This document shows, in pieces, positions 1-14,900 of a stretch of DNA of 64,000 nucleotides (position 1 is the stretch's first letter; every line of letters begins with the position of its first letter). Position numbers and translations under genes: made by a program. Source of the DNA: Chrysomallon squamiferum (lineage: Eukaryota; Animalia; Mollusca); assembly GCA_012295275.1 (NCBI GenBank), contig CM022672.1, forward strand, positions 62,001-126,000, in the 5' to 3' direction. The notes below the pieces were generated by a model, which did not search any database, had not been told where the DNA came from, and worked only from the letters and a program-made list of their open reading frames with translations.

Positions 1-3000
1 ATTTTCAACTTTTGAAAATCGAATTTTTCAAGTTTCGTTGAAAATGCTAGGGGTACCTTATTCAAAGTGCAATTTTTTTTTCTGTGCGTGGGAAAAAGGG
101 GCGCACATACCCAAAAAAAGTGGGGCAAGGGTTGCCCTACACGGGTGAAAAAAGTGCCGCACGCCGCACCAAAGGGGAACAACTCGTTTCCGACACGTGC
201 AAAAAACGCACAGTTTTTGAAAAAATTTGCTCTTTTTTTTTTCAAACGCATTTTCTAAAGGTGCAGCACCTTTGGAAAATGTTGGAGGCTCATTTTTTTG
301 CCACCTCGCCCCGACGGCGCGCACCTTTTGCACACGTTGAAATATTTTTCCCGACAGGACGGAATAGTGCCACACGGATTTTCAACTTTTTTTTGAAAAT
401 TTTTTTTTTTCAAGTTTCGTTGAAAATGCTAGGGGTACCTTATTCAAAGTGCAATAACTTTTTTCTGTGTGCGTGGGAAAAATCGGGCGCACATACCAAA
501 AAAAAGTGGGGCAAGGGTGCCCCCTACACGGTGAAAAAAGTGCCGCACGCCGCACGCAAAGGGGAACAACTCGTTTCCGACACGTGTGCAAAAAAACGCA
601 CATGTTTTTGAAAATTTGCTTTTTTTTTTTCAAACGCATTTTCTAAAGGTGCAGCACCTTTGGAAAATGTTGGAAACATTTTGCCACCTCGCCCCGACGG
701 CGCGCACCTTTTGCACACACGTTGAAATATTTTTTCCCGACAGGACGGAATAGTGCCCACGGATTTTCAACTTTTGAAAATCATTTTTTTTTCAAGTTTC
801 GTTGAAAATGCTAGGGGTACCTTATTCAAAGTGCAATAACTTTTTTTTCTGTGCGTGGGAAAAATCGGGCGGCGCATAAAAAAAAAGTGGGGCAAGGGTT
901 GCCCTACACGGGTGAAAAGTGCCGCCGCCGCCGCAAAGGGGAACAACTCGTTTCCGACACGTGCACAAAAAACGCACATGTTTTTGAAAATTTGCTCGTT
1001 TTTTTTTCAAACGCATTTTCTAAAGGTGCAGCACCTTTGGAAAATGTTGGAAACCATTTTGCCACACTCGCCCCGACGGCGCGCACCTTTTGCACACGTT
1101 GAAATATTTTTCCCGACAGGACGGAATAGTGCCACACGGATTTTCAACTTTTGAAAATCGAATTTTTTCAAGTTTCGTTGAAAATGCTAGGGGTACCTTA
1201 TTCAAAGTGCAATAACTTTTTCTGTGCGCGTGGGAAAAATAGGGCGCACATACCCAAAAGTGGGGCAAGGGTTGCCCTACACGGGTGAAAAGTGCCGCAC
1301 GCCGCACCGAAGGGGAACAACTCGTTTCCGACACGTGCACAAAAAACGCACATGTTTTTGAAAATTTGCTCGTTTTTTTTTCAAACGCATTTTCTAAAGG
1401 TGCAGCACCTTTGGAAAATGTTGGGCTCATTTTGCCACCTCGCCCCGACGGCGCGCACCTTTTGCACACGTTGAAATATTTTTTTTTCCCGACAGGACGG
1501 AATAGTGCCACACGGATTTTCAACTTTTGAAAATCGAATTTTTTCAAGTTTCGTTGAAAATGCTAGGGGTACCTTATTCAAAGTGCAATAACTTTTTCTG
1601 TGCACGTGGGAAAAATCGGGCGCACATACCCAAAAGTGGGGCAAGGGTTGCCCTACACGGGTGAAAAGTGCCGCACGCCGCACCCAAGGGGAACAACTCG
1701 TTTCCGACACGTGCAAAAAAACGCACATGTTTTTGAAAAAATTTGCTTTTTTTTTTTTCAAACGCATTTTCTAAAGGTGCAGCACCTTTGGAAAATGTTG
1801 AGGCTCATTTTGCCACACTCGCCCCGACGGCGCGCACCTTTTTGCACACGTTGAAATATTTTTTCCCGACAGGACGGAATAGTGCCACACGGATTTTCAA
1901 CTTTTGAAAATCGAATTTTTTCAAGTTTCGTTGAAAATGCTAGGGGTACCTTATTCAAAGTGCAATAACTTTTTCTGTGCGCGTGGGAAAAATCGGGCGC
2001 ACATACCCAAAAGTGGGGCAAGGGTTGCCCTACACGGGTGAAAAGTGCCGCACGCCGCACCCAAGGGGAACAACTCGTTTCCGACACGTGCACAAAAAAC
2101 GCACATGTTTTTGAAAATTTGCTCGTTTTTTTTTCAAACGCATTTTCTAAAGGTGCAGCACCTTTGGAAAATGTTGGAAACCATTTTGCCACACTCGCCC
2201 CGACGGCGCGCACCTTTTGCACACGTTGAAATATTTTTCCCGACAGGACGGAATAGTGCCACACGGATTTTCAACTTTTGAAAATCGAATTTTTTCAAGT
2301 TTCGTTGAAAATGCTAGGGGTACCTTATTCAAAGTGCAATAACTTTTTCTGTGCGCGTGGGAAAAATAGGGCGCATACCAAAAAAAGTGGGGCAAGGGTT
2401 GCCCTACACGGGTGAAAAGTGCCGCACGCCGCACCCAAGGGGAACAACTCGTTTCCGACACGTGCACAAAAAACGCACATGTTTTTGAAAATTTGCTCGT
2501 TTTTTTTTCAAACGCATTTTCTAAAGGTGCAGCACCTTTGGAAAATGTTGGAAACCATTTTGCCACACTCGCCCCGACGGCGCGCACCTTTTGCACACGT
2601 TGAAATATTTTTCCCGACAGGACGGAATAGTGCCACACGGATTTTCAACTTTTGAAAATCGAATTTTTTCAAGTTTCGTTGAAAATGCTAGGGGTACCTT
2701 ATTCAAAGTGCAACTTTTTTTTCTGTGCGAAAAAAAAAGGGGGGGCGCACATACCCAAAAGTGGGGCAAGGGGTTGCCCTACACGGGTGAAAAGTGCCGC
2801 CGCGCCGCCGCAAAGGGGAACAACTCGTTTCCGACACGTGCAAAAAAAAAACGCACATGTTTTTGAAAATTTGCTCGTTTTTTTTTTCAAACGCATTTTC
2901 TAAAGGTGCAGCACCTTTGGAAAATGTTGAAGGAAATTTTTGCCACACTCGCCCCGACGGCGCGCACCTTTTTGCACGTTGAAATATTTTTCCCGACAGG

Positions 3001-6000
3001 ACGGAATAGTGCCACACGGATTTTCAACTTTTTTGAAAATCGAATTTTTTTCAAGTTTCGTTGAAAATAGGGGGTACCTTATTCAAAGTGCAATTTTTTT
3101 TGTGCTGTGCGGGAAAAAAAGGGGCACATACCCAAAAGTGGGGCAAGGGTGCCCCCTACACGGGTGAAAAAAGTGCCGCCGCCGCCGCGCCGGAACAACT
3201 CGTTTCCGACACGTGCACAAAAAACGCACATGTTTTTGAAAATTTGCTCGTTTTTTTCAAACGCATTTTCTAAAAAGGTGCAGCACCTTTGGAAAATGTT
3301 GGAAAAATTTTGCCACCTCGCCCCGACGCGCGCACCTTTTGCACACGTTGAAATATTTTTCCCGACAGGACGGAATAGTGTGCCACGGATTTTCACTTTT
3401 TGAAAATCGGATTTTTTTTTTTTTCGAAAATGCTAGGGGTACCTTTTTTCAATAACTTTTTTTTCGTTGAAAATGCTAAAAAGTGGGGCAAGGGTTGCCT
3501 TATTCAAAGTGTGCAATAACTTTTTTCTGTGCGCATTTTTGGGAAAAATAAAGGGGCAGCACCTAAAAAAGTGGGGCTCGGGAACAACGGACGAAAAGTT
3601 TTTCCGGAACAACTCGTTTCAAACACGTGCAAAAACGCATGCAAACATGTTTTTTGAAAAAAATTTGCTCGACACGTTTTTTTTTGAAAATTTGCTCGCA
3701 TTTTCTAAAGGTGCAGCACCTTTGGAAAATGTTGGAAACTCATTTTGCCACACTCGCCCCGACGGCGCGCACCTTTTGCACGTTGAAATATTTTTTCCCG
3801 ACAGGACGGAATAGTGCCACACGGATTTTCAACTTTTGAAAATCGAATTTTTTTCAAGTTTCGTTGAAAATGCTAGGGGTACCTTATTCAAAGTGCAATT
3901 TTTTTTTTTCTGTGTGCGTGGGGGGGGGCGCACATACCCAAAAGTGGGGCAAGGGTTGCCCTACGGGAAAAAAGCCGCCGCCGCCGCGCAAGGGGAACAA
4001 CTCGTTTCCGACACGTGCAAAAAAACGCACATTTTTTTGAAAATTTGCTCGTTTTTTTTTTTTCAAACGCATTTTCTAAAGGTGCAGCACCTTTGGAAAA
4101 TGTTGAGGCTCATTTTGCCACCTCGCCCCGACGGCGCGCACCTTTTGCACACGTTGAAATATTTTTTCCCGACAGGACGGAATAGTGCCACACGGATTTT
4201 CAACTTTTGAAAATCGAATTTTTCAAGTTTTCGTTGAAAATGCTAGGGGTACCTTATTCAAAGTGCAATTTTCTGTTTTTTCTGTGCGCGTGGAAAAAAA
4301 TGGGGCGCATACCCAAAAAGTGGGGCAAGGGTTGCCCTACACGGAAAAAAGTGCCGCCGCCGCGCAAAGGGGAACAACTCGTTTCCGACACGTGCACAAA
4401 AACGCACATATTTTTTTGAAAATTTGCTCGTTTTTTTTTCAAACGCATTAAAAAAGGTGCAGCACCTTTGGAAAATGTTGGAATTTCTCATTTTGCCACA
4501 CTCGCCCCGACGGCGCGCACCTTTTTGCACGTTGAAATTTTTTTTCCCGACAGGACGGAATAGTGCCACACGGATTTTCAACTTTTGAAAATCATTTTTT
4601 CAAGTTTTCGTTGAAAATGCTAGGGGTACCTTATTCAAAGTGCAATAACTTTTTTCTGTGCGTGGGAAAAATGGGGGCGCATATACCCCCAAAAGTGGGG
4701 CAAAGGGTTGCCCTACACGGGTGAAAGTGCCGCGCCGCGCCGCCGCACGCAAGGGGAACAACTCGTTTCCGACACGTGCACAAAAAACGCACATGTTTTT
4801 GAAAATTTGCTTTTTTTTTTTTCAAACGCATTTTCTAAAGGTGCAGCACCTTTGGAAAATGTTGGAAACTCATTTTGCCACACTCGCCCCGACGCGCGCA
4901 CCTTTTGCACACGTTGAAATATTTTTCCCGACAGGACGGAATAGTGCCACACGGATTTTCAACTTTTGAAAATCGAATTTTTTCAAGTTTCGTTGAAAAT
5001 GCTAGGGGTACCTTATTCAAAGTGCAATAACTTTTTCTGTGCGGAAAAAAAAAGGGGGCGCACATACCCAAAAGTGGGGCAAGGGTTGCCCTACACGGGT
5101 GAAAAGTGCCGCACGCCGCACCCAAGGGGAACAACTCGTTTCCGACACGTGCACAAAAAACGCACATGTTTTTGAAAATTTGCTCTTTTTTTTTTCAAAC
5201 GCATTTTCTAAAGGTGCAGCACCTTTGGAAAATGTTGGAAACCATTTTGCCACACTCGCCCCGACGGCGCGCACCTTTTGCACACGTTGAAATATTTTTC
5301 CCGACAGGACGGAATAGTGCCACACGGATTTTCAACTTTTGAAAATCGAATTTTTCAAGTTTCGTTGAAAATGCTAGGGGTACCTTATTCAAAGTGCAAT
5401 AACTTTTTCTGTGCGTGGGAAAAATCGGGCGCACATACCCAAAAGTGGGGCAAGGGTTGCCCTACACGGGTGAAAAGTGCCGCGCCGCCGCACCCAAGGG
5501 GAACAACTCGTTTCCGACACGTGCACAAAAAACGCACATGTTTTTGAAAATTTGCTCGTTTTTTTTCAAACGCATTTTCTAAAGGTGCAGCACCTTTGGA
5601 AAATGTTGAAAAAAATTTTGCCACCTCGCCCCGACGCGCACCTTTTCGCCGCGCACCTTTTTTTGCACGTTGAAATATTTTTCCCGACAGGACGGAATAG
5701 TGCCACACGGATTTTCAACTTTTGAAAATCGAATTTTTTCAAGTTTCGTTGAAAATGCTAGGGGTACCTTATTCAAAGTGCAATAACTTTTTCTGTGCAC
5801 GTGGGAAAAATAGGGCGCACATACCCAAAAGTGGGGCAAGGGTTGCCCTACACGGGTGAAAAGTGCCGCACGCCGCACCCAAGGGGAACAACTCGTTTCC
5901 GTTTCGTGCAAAAACGTGCACAAAAACGCTCGTTTTTTTTGAAAATTTGCTCTTTTTTTTTCAAACGCATTTTCTAAAAGGTGCAGCACCTTTGGAAAAT

Positions 6001-9000
6001 GTTGAAAACTCGTTTTTTTTTTTTTGCGCCCCACCGACGCGCCCGACGGCGCGCACCTTTTGCACACGTTGAAATATTTTTCCCGACAGGACGGAATAGT
6101 GCCACACGGATTTTCAACTTTTGAAAATCGAATTTTTTCAAGTTTCGTTGAAAATGCTAGGGGTACCTTATTCAAAGTGCAATAATTTCTTTTTCTGTGC
6201 GCGTGGGAACAGGGGCGCAGGGTTGCCAAAAAAGTGGGGCAAGGGTTGCCCTACACGGGTGAAAAAGTGCCGCCGCCGCCGCCAAGGGGAACAACTCGTT
6301 TCCGACACGTGCACAAAAAACGCACATGTTTTTGAAAATTTGCTCGTTTTTTTTTCAAACGCATTTTCTAAAGGTGCAGCACCTTTGGAAAATGTTGGAA
6401 ACCATTTTGCCACACTCGCCCCGACGGCGCGCACCTTTTGCACACGTTGAAATATTTTTCCCGACAGGACGGAATAGTGCCACACGGATTTTCAACTTTT
6501 GAAAATCGAATTTTTCAAGTTTCGTTGAAAATGCTAGGGGTACCTTATTCAAAGTGCAATAACTTTTTTTCTGTGCACGTGGGAAAAATAGGGCGCACAT
6601 ACCCAAAAGTGGGGCAAGGTTGCCCCCTACACGGGAAAAAAGTGCCGCGCCGCCGCACCCAAAGGGGAACAACTCGTTTCCGACACGTGCACAAAAAACG
6701 CACATGTTTTTGAAAATTTGCTCGTTTTTTTTTCAAACGCATTTTCTAAAGGTGCAGCACCTTTGGAAAATGTTGGAAACCATTTTGCCACACTCGCCCC
6801 GACGGCGCGCACCTTTTGCACACGTTGAAATATTTTTCCCGACAGGACGGAATAGTGCCACACGGATTTTCAACTTTTGAAAATCGAATTTTTTCAAGTT
6901 TCGTTGAAAATGCTAGGGGTACCTTATTCAAAGTGCAATAACTTTTTCTGTGTGCGAAAAAAAAAAATCGGGGGCGCAAATAAAAAAAAGTGGGGCAAGG
7001 GTTGCCCTACACGGGTGAAAAGTGCCGCACGCCGCCAAAGGGGAACAACTCGTTTCCGACACGTGCACAAAAAAAACGCACATTTTTTGAAAATTTGCGT
7101 TTTTTTTTCAAACGCATTTTCTAAAGGTGCAGCACCTTTGGAAAATGTTGGAGCTCTCATTTTGCCACCTCGCCCCGACGCGCGCGCACCACGTTGAAAT
7201 ATTTTTTCCCGACAGGACGGAACAGGACGGAATAGTGCCACATTTTCAACTTTTTTGAATTTTTTTTTTTTCAAGTTTCGTTGAAAATGCTAGGGGTACC
7301 TTATTCAAAGTGCAATTTTTTTTTCTGTGTGCGTGGGAAAAATGGGGGGGGCGCACATACCCAAAAAGTGGGGCAAGGGTTGCCCTACACGGGTGAAAAG
7401 TGCCGCACGCCGCACCCAAGGGGAACAACTCGTTTCCGACACGTGCACAAAAAACGCACATATTTTTGAAAATTTGCTCTTTTTTTTTTCAAACGCATTT
7501 TCTAAAGGTGCAGCACCTTTGGAAAATGTTGGAAACCATTTTGCCACACTCGCCCCGACGGCGCGCACCTTTTGCACACGTTGAAATATTTTTCCCGACA
7601 GGACGGAATAGTGCCACACGGATTTTCAACTTTTGAAAATCGAATTTTTCAAGTTTCGTTGAAAATGCTAGGGGTACCTTATTCAAAGTGCAATAACTTT
7701 TTCTGTGCGCGTGGGAAAAATGGGAAAAATCGGGCGCACATAAAAAAAGTGGGGCAAGGGTTGCCCTACACGGGTGAAAAGTGCCGCCGCCGCCGCACCA
7801 AAGGGGAACAACTCGTTTCCGACGTGTGCAAAAAAACGCACATGTTTTTTTGAAAATTTGCTCGTTTTTTTTTTTCAAACATTTTTTAAAGGTGCAGCAC
7901 CTTTGGAAAATGTTGGAAACTCATTTTGCCACACCTCGCCCCGACGGCGCGCACCTTTTTTGCACGTTGAAATATTTTTTTTCCCGACAGGACGGAATAG
8001 TGCCACACGGATTTTCAACTTTTGAAAATCGAATTTTTTCAAGTTTCGTTGAAAATGCTAGGGGTACCTTATTCAAAGTGCAATAACTTTTTCTGTGCGC
8101 GTGGGAAAAATCGGGCGCACATACCAAAAAAAAGTGGGGCAAGGGGTTGCCCTACGGGTGAAAAGTGCCGCACGCCGCGCCAAGGGGAACAACTCGTTTC
8201 CGACACGTGCACAAAAACGCACATGTTTTTGAAAATTTGCTCGTTTTTTTTTTTTTTCAAACGCATTTTTCTAAAGGTGCAGCACCTTTGGAAAATGTTG
8301 GAAACTGCCACGCTCCTCGCCCCGACGGCGCGCACCTTTTGCACACGTTGAAATATTTTTCCCGACAGGACGGAATAGTGCCACACGGATTTTCAACTTT
8401 TGAAAATCGAATTTTTTCAAGTTTCGTTGAAAATGCTAGGGGTACCTTATTCAAAGTGCAATAACTTTTTCTGTGCGCGTGGGAAAAATCGGGCGCACAT
8501 ACCCAAAAGTGGGGCAAGGGTTGCCCTACACGGGTGAAAAGTGCCGCACGCCGCGCAAGGGGAACAACTCGTTTCCGACACGTGCAAAAAAACGCACATA
8601 TTTTTGAAAATTTGCTTCTTTTTTTTTTCAAACGCATTTTCTAAAGGTGCAGCACCTTTGGAAAATGTTGGAAACCATTTTGCCACCAACTCGCCCCGAC
8701 GGCGCGCACCTTTTGCGCACGTTGAAATATTTTTCCCGACAGGACGGAATAGTGCCACACGGATTTTCAACTTTTGAAAATCGAATTTTTTCAAGTTTCG
8801 TTGAAAATGCTAGGGGTACCTTATTCAAAGTGCAATATTTTTTTTTCTGTGCGTGGGAAAATGGGGGGGCGCACATACCAAAAAAAGTGGGGCAAGGGTT
8901 GCCCTACACGGGTGAAAAAAGTGCCGCACGCCGCGCAAAGGGAACAACTCGTTTCCGACACGTGCACAAAAAACGCACATGTTTTTGAAAATTTGCTCGT

Positions 9001-11742
9001 TTTTTTTTTCAAACGCATTTTCTAAAGGTGCAGCACCTTTGGAAAATGTTGGAAACCATTTTGCCACACTCGCCCCGACGGCGCGCACCTTTTGCACACG
9101 TTGAAATATTTTTCCCGACAGGACGGAATAGTGCCACACGGATTTTCAACTTTTGAAAATCGAATTTTTTCAAGTTTCGTTGAAAATGCTAGGGGTACCT
9201 TATTCAAAGTGTCAATAACTTTTTTTTCTGTGCGTGGGAAAATAGGGGGGCGCACATACAAAAAAAAGTGGGGCAAGGGTTGCCCTACACGGGTGAAAAG
9301 TGCCGCCGCCACCGCAAAGGGGAACAACTCGTTTCCGACACGTGCACAAAAAACGCACATTTTTTTTGAAAAATTTGCTCGTTTTTTTCAAAACGCATTT
9401 TTTTCTAAAAGGTGCAGCACCTTTGGAAAATGTTGGAAACTCATTTTGCCACCTCGCCCCGACGGCGCGCACCGCACCACACGTTGAAATATTTTTCCCG
9501 ACAGGACGGAATAGTGCCACACGGATTTTCAACTTTTGAAAATCGAATTTTTTCAAGTTTCGTTGAAAATGCTAGGGGTACCTTATTCAAAGTGCAATAA
9601 CTTTTTTTCTGTGCGTGGGAAAATCGGGGGCGCACATAAAAAAAGTGGGGCAAGGGTTGCCCTACACGGGTGAAAAAAAGTGCCGCACGCCGCACCCAAA
9701 GGGGAACAACTCGTTTCCGACACGTGCACAAAAAACGCACATATTTTTGAAAATTTGCTCGTTTTTTTTTCAAACGCATTTTCTAAAGGTGCAGCACCTT
9801 TGGAAAATGTTGGAAACCATTTTGCCACACTCGCCCCGACGGCGCGCACCTTTTTGCACGTTGAAATATTTTTTTTCCCGACAGGACGGAATAGTGCCAC
9901 ACGGATTTTCAACTTTTGAAAATCGAATTTTTTCAAGTTTCGTTGAAAATGCTAGGGGTACCTTATTCAAAGTGCAATAACTTTTTTTCTGTGCGTGGGA
10001 AAAAGGGGGCGCACATAAAAAAAAGTGGGGCAAGGGTTGCCCTACACGGGTGAAAAGTGCCGCACGCCGCACCCAAGGGGAACAACTCGTTTCCGACACG
10101 TGCACAAAAAACGCACATGTTTTTGAAAATTTGCTCGTTTTTTTCAAACGCATTTTCTAAAGGTGCAGCACCTTTGGAAAATGTTGGAAGGCTCATTTTG
10201 CCACACTCGCCCCGACGGCGCGCACTTTTTTGCACACGTTGAAATATTTTTTTTCCCGACAGGACGGAATAGTGCCACACGGATTTTCAACTTTTGAAAA
10301 TCGAATTTTTTCAAGTTTCGTTGAAAATGCTAGGGGTACCTTATTCAAAGTGCAATAACTTTTTCTGTGTGCGTGGGGGAAAATAGGGGCGGGGCGCACA
10401 TACCCAAAAGTGGGGCAAGGGTTGCCCTACACGGGTGAAAAGTGCCGCCGCCGCCGCCAAAGGGGAACAACTCGTTTCCGACACGTGCAAAAAAACGCAC
10501 ATTTTTTTTGAAAATTTGCTCGTTTTTTTCAAACGCATTTTTTAAAGGTGCAGCACCTTTGGAAAATGTTGGAAACCATTTTGCCACACTCGCCCCGACG
10601 GCGCGCACCTTTTGCACACGTTGAAATATTTTTCCCGACAGGACGGAATAGTGCCACACGGATTTTCAACTTTTGAAAATCAGATTTTTCAAGTTTCGTT
10701 GAAAATGCTGCTAGGGTACCTTATTCAAAGTGCAATACTTTTTTTTCTGTGCGCGTGGGAAAAATAGGGCGCACATACCCAAAAGTGGGGCAAGGGTTGC
10801 CCTACACGGGTGAAAAGTGCCGCACGCCGCACCCAAGGGGAACAACTCGTTTCCGACACGTGCACAAAAAACGCACATGTTTTTGAAAATTTGCTCGTTT
10901 TTTTTTCAAACGCATTTTCTAAAGGTGCAGCACCTTTGGAAAATGTTGGAAACCATTTTGCCACACTCGCCCCGACGGCGCGCACCTTTTGCACACGTTG
11001 AAATATTTTTCCCGACAGGACGGAATAGTGCCACACGGATTTTCAACTTTTGAAAATCAGATTTTTTTCAAGTTTCGTTGAAAATGCTAGGGGTACCTTA
11101 TTCAAAGTGCAACTTTTTTTTCTGTGCGTGGGAAAAATCGGGCGCACATACCCAAAAGTGGGGCAAGGGTTGCCCTACACGGGTGAAAAGTGCCGCACGC
11201 CGCACCCAAGGGGAACAACTCGTTTCCGACACGTGCACAAAAAACGCACATGTTTTTGAAAATTTGCTCGTTTTTTTTTCAAACGCATTTTCTAAAGGTG
11301 CAGCACCTTTGGAAAATGTTGGAAACCATTTTGCCACACTCGCCCCGACGGCGCGCACCTTTTGCACACGTTGAAATATTTTTCCCGACAGGACGGAATA
11401 GTGCCACACGGATTTTCAACTTTTGAAAATCGAATTTTTTCAAGTTTCGTTGAAAATGCTAGGGGTACCTTATTCAAAGTGCAATAACTTTTTCTGTGCA
11501 CGTGGGAAAAATAGGGCGCACATACCCAAAAGTGGGGCAAGGGTTGCCCTACACGGGTGAAAAGTGCCGCACGCCGCACCCAAGGGGAACAACTCGTTTC
11601 CGACACGTGCACAAAAAACGCACATGTTTTTGAAAATTTGCTCGTTTTTTTTTCAAACGCATTTTCTAAAGGTGCAGCACCTTTGGAAAATGTTGGAAAC
11701 CATTTTGCCACACTCGCCCCGGAAACGGCGCGCACCTTTTAA
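1..11742 (+). repeat. Satellite DNA array, ~374-bp monomer, variant A (~31 copies, many homopolymer indels)
   Basis: Head-to-tail repeats with recurring landmarks such as GCTAGGGGTACCTTATTCAAAGTGC, AAAGGTGCAGCACCTTTGG and CCCGACAGGACGGAATAGTGCCAC about every 374 bp. Confidence 0.97.
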
Positions 11743-11942
11743 NNNNNNNNNNNNNNNNNNNNNNNNNNNNNNNNNNNNNNNNNNNNNNNNNNNNNNNNNN
11801 NNNNNNNNNNNNNNNNNNNNNNNNNNNNNNNNNNNNNNNNNNNNNNNNNNNNNNNNNNNNNNNNNNNNNNNNNNNNNNNNNNNNNNNNNNNNNNNNNNNN
11901 NNNNNNNNNNNNNNNNNNNNNNNNNNNNNNNNNNNNNNNNNN
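11743..11942. other. Assembly gap (200 N)
   Basis: Run of exactly 200 N, typical of a scaffolding spacer. Confidence 0.99.
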
Positions 11943-14900
11943 GTGGCAAAAGCGTTTCCAACATTTGCCAATGGTGCTGCACCTTTTGAAAATGCGTTTG
12001 AAAAAAAAACGAGCAAATTTTCAAAAATATGTGCGTTTTTTGTGCACGTGTCGGAAACGAGTTGTTCCCCTTGGGTGGGGCGTGCGGCACTTTTCACCCG
12101 TGTAGGGCAACCCTTGCCCCACTTTTGGGTATGTGCGCCCGATTTTTCCCACGTGCACAGAAAAAGTTATTGCACTTTGAAAAAGGTACCCCTAGCATTT
12201 TCAACGAAACTTGAAAAAATTCGATTTTCAAAAGTTGAAAATCCGTGTGGCACTATTCCGTGCGGTCGGGAAAAATATTTCAACGTGTGCAAAAGGTGCG
12301 CGCCGTCGGGGCGAGTGTGGCAAAAGCGTTTCCAACATTTGCCAATGGTGCTGCACCTTTTGAAAATGCGTTTGAAAAAAAAACGAGCAAATTTTCAAAA
12401 ATATGTGCGTTTTTTGTGCACGTGTCGGAAACGAGTTGTTCCCCTTGGGTGGGGCGTGCGGCACTTTTCACCCGTGTAGGGCAACCCTTGCCCCACTTTT
12501 GGGTATGTGCGCCCGATTTTTCCCACGTGCACAGAAAAAGTTATTGCACTTTGAAAAAAAGGTACCCCTAGCATTTTCAACGAAACTTGAAAAAATTCGA
12601 TTTTCAAAAGTTGAAAATCCGTGTGGCACTATTCCGTGCGGTCGGGAAAAATATTTCAACGTGTGCAAAAGGTGCGCGCCGTCGGGGCGAGTGTGGCAAA
12701 AGCGTTTCCAACATTTGCCAATGGTGCTGCACCTTTTGAAAATGCGTTTGAAAAAAAAAACGAGCAAATTTTCAAAAATATGTGCGTTTTTTGTGCACGT
12801 GTCGGAAACGAGTTGTTCCCCTTGGGTGGGGCGTGCGGCACTTTTCACCCGTGTAGGGCAACCCTTGCCCCACTTTTGGGTATGTGCGCCCGATTTTTCC
12901 CACGTGCACAGAAAAAGTTATTGCACTTTGAAAAAGGTACCCCTAGCATTTTCAACGAAACTTGAAAAAATTCGATTTTCAAAAGTTGAAAATCCGTGTG
13001 GCACTATTCCGTGCGGTCGGGAAAAATATTTCAACGTGTGCAAAAGGTGCGCGCCGTCGGGGCGAGTGTGGCAAAAGCGTTTCCAACATTTGCCAATGGT
13101 GCTGCACCTTTTGAAAATGCGTTTGAAAAAAAACGAGCAAATTTTCAAAAATATGTGCGTTTTTTGTGCACGTGTCGGAAACGAGTTGTTCCCCTTGGGT
13201 GGGGCGTGCGGCACTTTTCACCCGTGTAGGGCAACCCTTGCCCCACTTTTGGGTATGTGCGCCCGATTTTTCCCACGTGCACAGAAAAAGTTATTGCACT
13301 TTGAAAAAGGTACCCCTAGCATTTTCAACGAAACTTGAAAAAATTCGATTTTCAAAAGTTGAAAATCCGTGTGGCACTATTCCGTGCGGTCGGGAAAAAT
13401 ATTTCAACGTGTGCAAAAGGTGCGCGCCGTCGGGGCGAGTGTGGCAAAAGCGTTTCCAACATTTGCCAATGGTGCTGCACCTTTTGAAAATGCGTTTGAA
13501 AAAAAAAACGAGCAAATTTTCAAAAATATGTGCGTTTTTTGTGCACGTGTCGGAAACGAGTTGTTCCCCTTGGGTGGGGCGTGCGGCACTTTTCACCCGT
13601 GTAGGGCAACCCTTGCCCCACTTTTGGGTATGTGCGCCCGATTTTTCCCACGTGCACAGAAAAAGTTATTGCACTTTGAAAAAGGTACCCCTAGCATTTT
13701 CAACGAAACTTGAAAAAATTCGATTTTCAAAAGTTGAAAATCCGTGTGGCACTATTCCGTGCGGTCGGGAAAAATATTTCAACGTGTGCAAAAGGTGCGC
13801 GCCGTCGGGGCGAGTGTGGCAAAAGCGTTTCCAACATTTGCCAATGGTGCTGCACCTTTTGAAAATGCGTTTAAAAAAAAAACGAGCAAATTTTCAAAAA
13901 TATGTGCGTTTTTTGTGCACGTGTCGGAAACGAGTTGTTCCCCTTGGGTGGGGCGTGCGGCACTTTTCACCCGTGTAGGGCAACCCTTGCCCCACTTTTG
14001 GGTATATGCGCCCGATTTTTCCCACGTGCACAGAAAAAGTTATTGCACTTTGAAAAAGGTACCCCTAGCATTTTCAACGAAACTTGAAAAAATTCGATTT
14101 TCAAAAGTTGAAAATCCGTGTGGCACTATTCCGTGCGGTCGGGAAAAATATTTCAACGTGTGCAAAAGGTGCGCGCCGTCGGGGCGAGTGTGGCAAAAGC
14201 GTTTCCAACATTTGCCAATGGTGCTGCACCTTTTGAAAATGCGTTTGAAAAAAAAAACGAGCAAATTTTCAAAAATATGTGCGTTTTTTGTGCACGTGTC
14301 GGAAACGAGTTGTTCCCCTTGGGTGGGGCGTGCGGCACTTTTCACCCGTGTAGGGCAACCCCTTGCCCCCCACTTTTGGGTATGTGCGCCCGATTTTTCC
14401 CACGTGCACAGAAAAAGTTATTGCACTTTGAAAAAGGTACCCCTAGCATTTTCAACGAAACTTGAAAAAATTCGATTTTTCAAAAGTTGAAAATCCGTGT
14501 GGCACTATTCCGTGCGGTCGGGAAAAATATTTCAACGTGTGCAAAAGGTGCGCGCCGTCGGGGCGAGTGTGGCAAAAGCGTTTCCAACATTTGCCAATGG
14601 TGCTGCACCTTTTGAAAATGCGTTTGAAAAAAACGAGCAAATTTTCAAAAATATGTGCGTTTTTTGTGCACGTGTCGGAAACGAGTTGTTCCCCTTGGGT
14701 GGGGCGTGCGGCACTTTTCACCCGTGTAGGGCAACCCTTGCCCCACTTTTGGGTATGTGCGCCCGATTTTTCCCACGTGCACAGAAAAAGTTATTGCACT
14801 TTGAAAAAGGTACCCCTAGCATTTTCAACGAAACTTGAAAAAATTCGATTTTCAAAAGTTGAAAATCCGTGTGGCACTATTCCGTGCGGTCGGGAAAAAT

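Noticed and set aside
33-49. CENP-B-box-like TTTCGTTGAAAATGCTA in each monomer
   Set aside because: Has the TTCG..A part but lacks the essential CGGG half; chance similarity cannot be excluded, so no link to the HTH exon is claimed.
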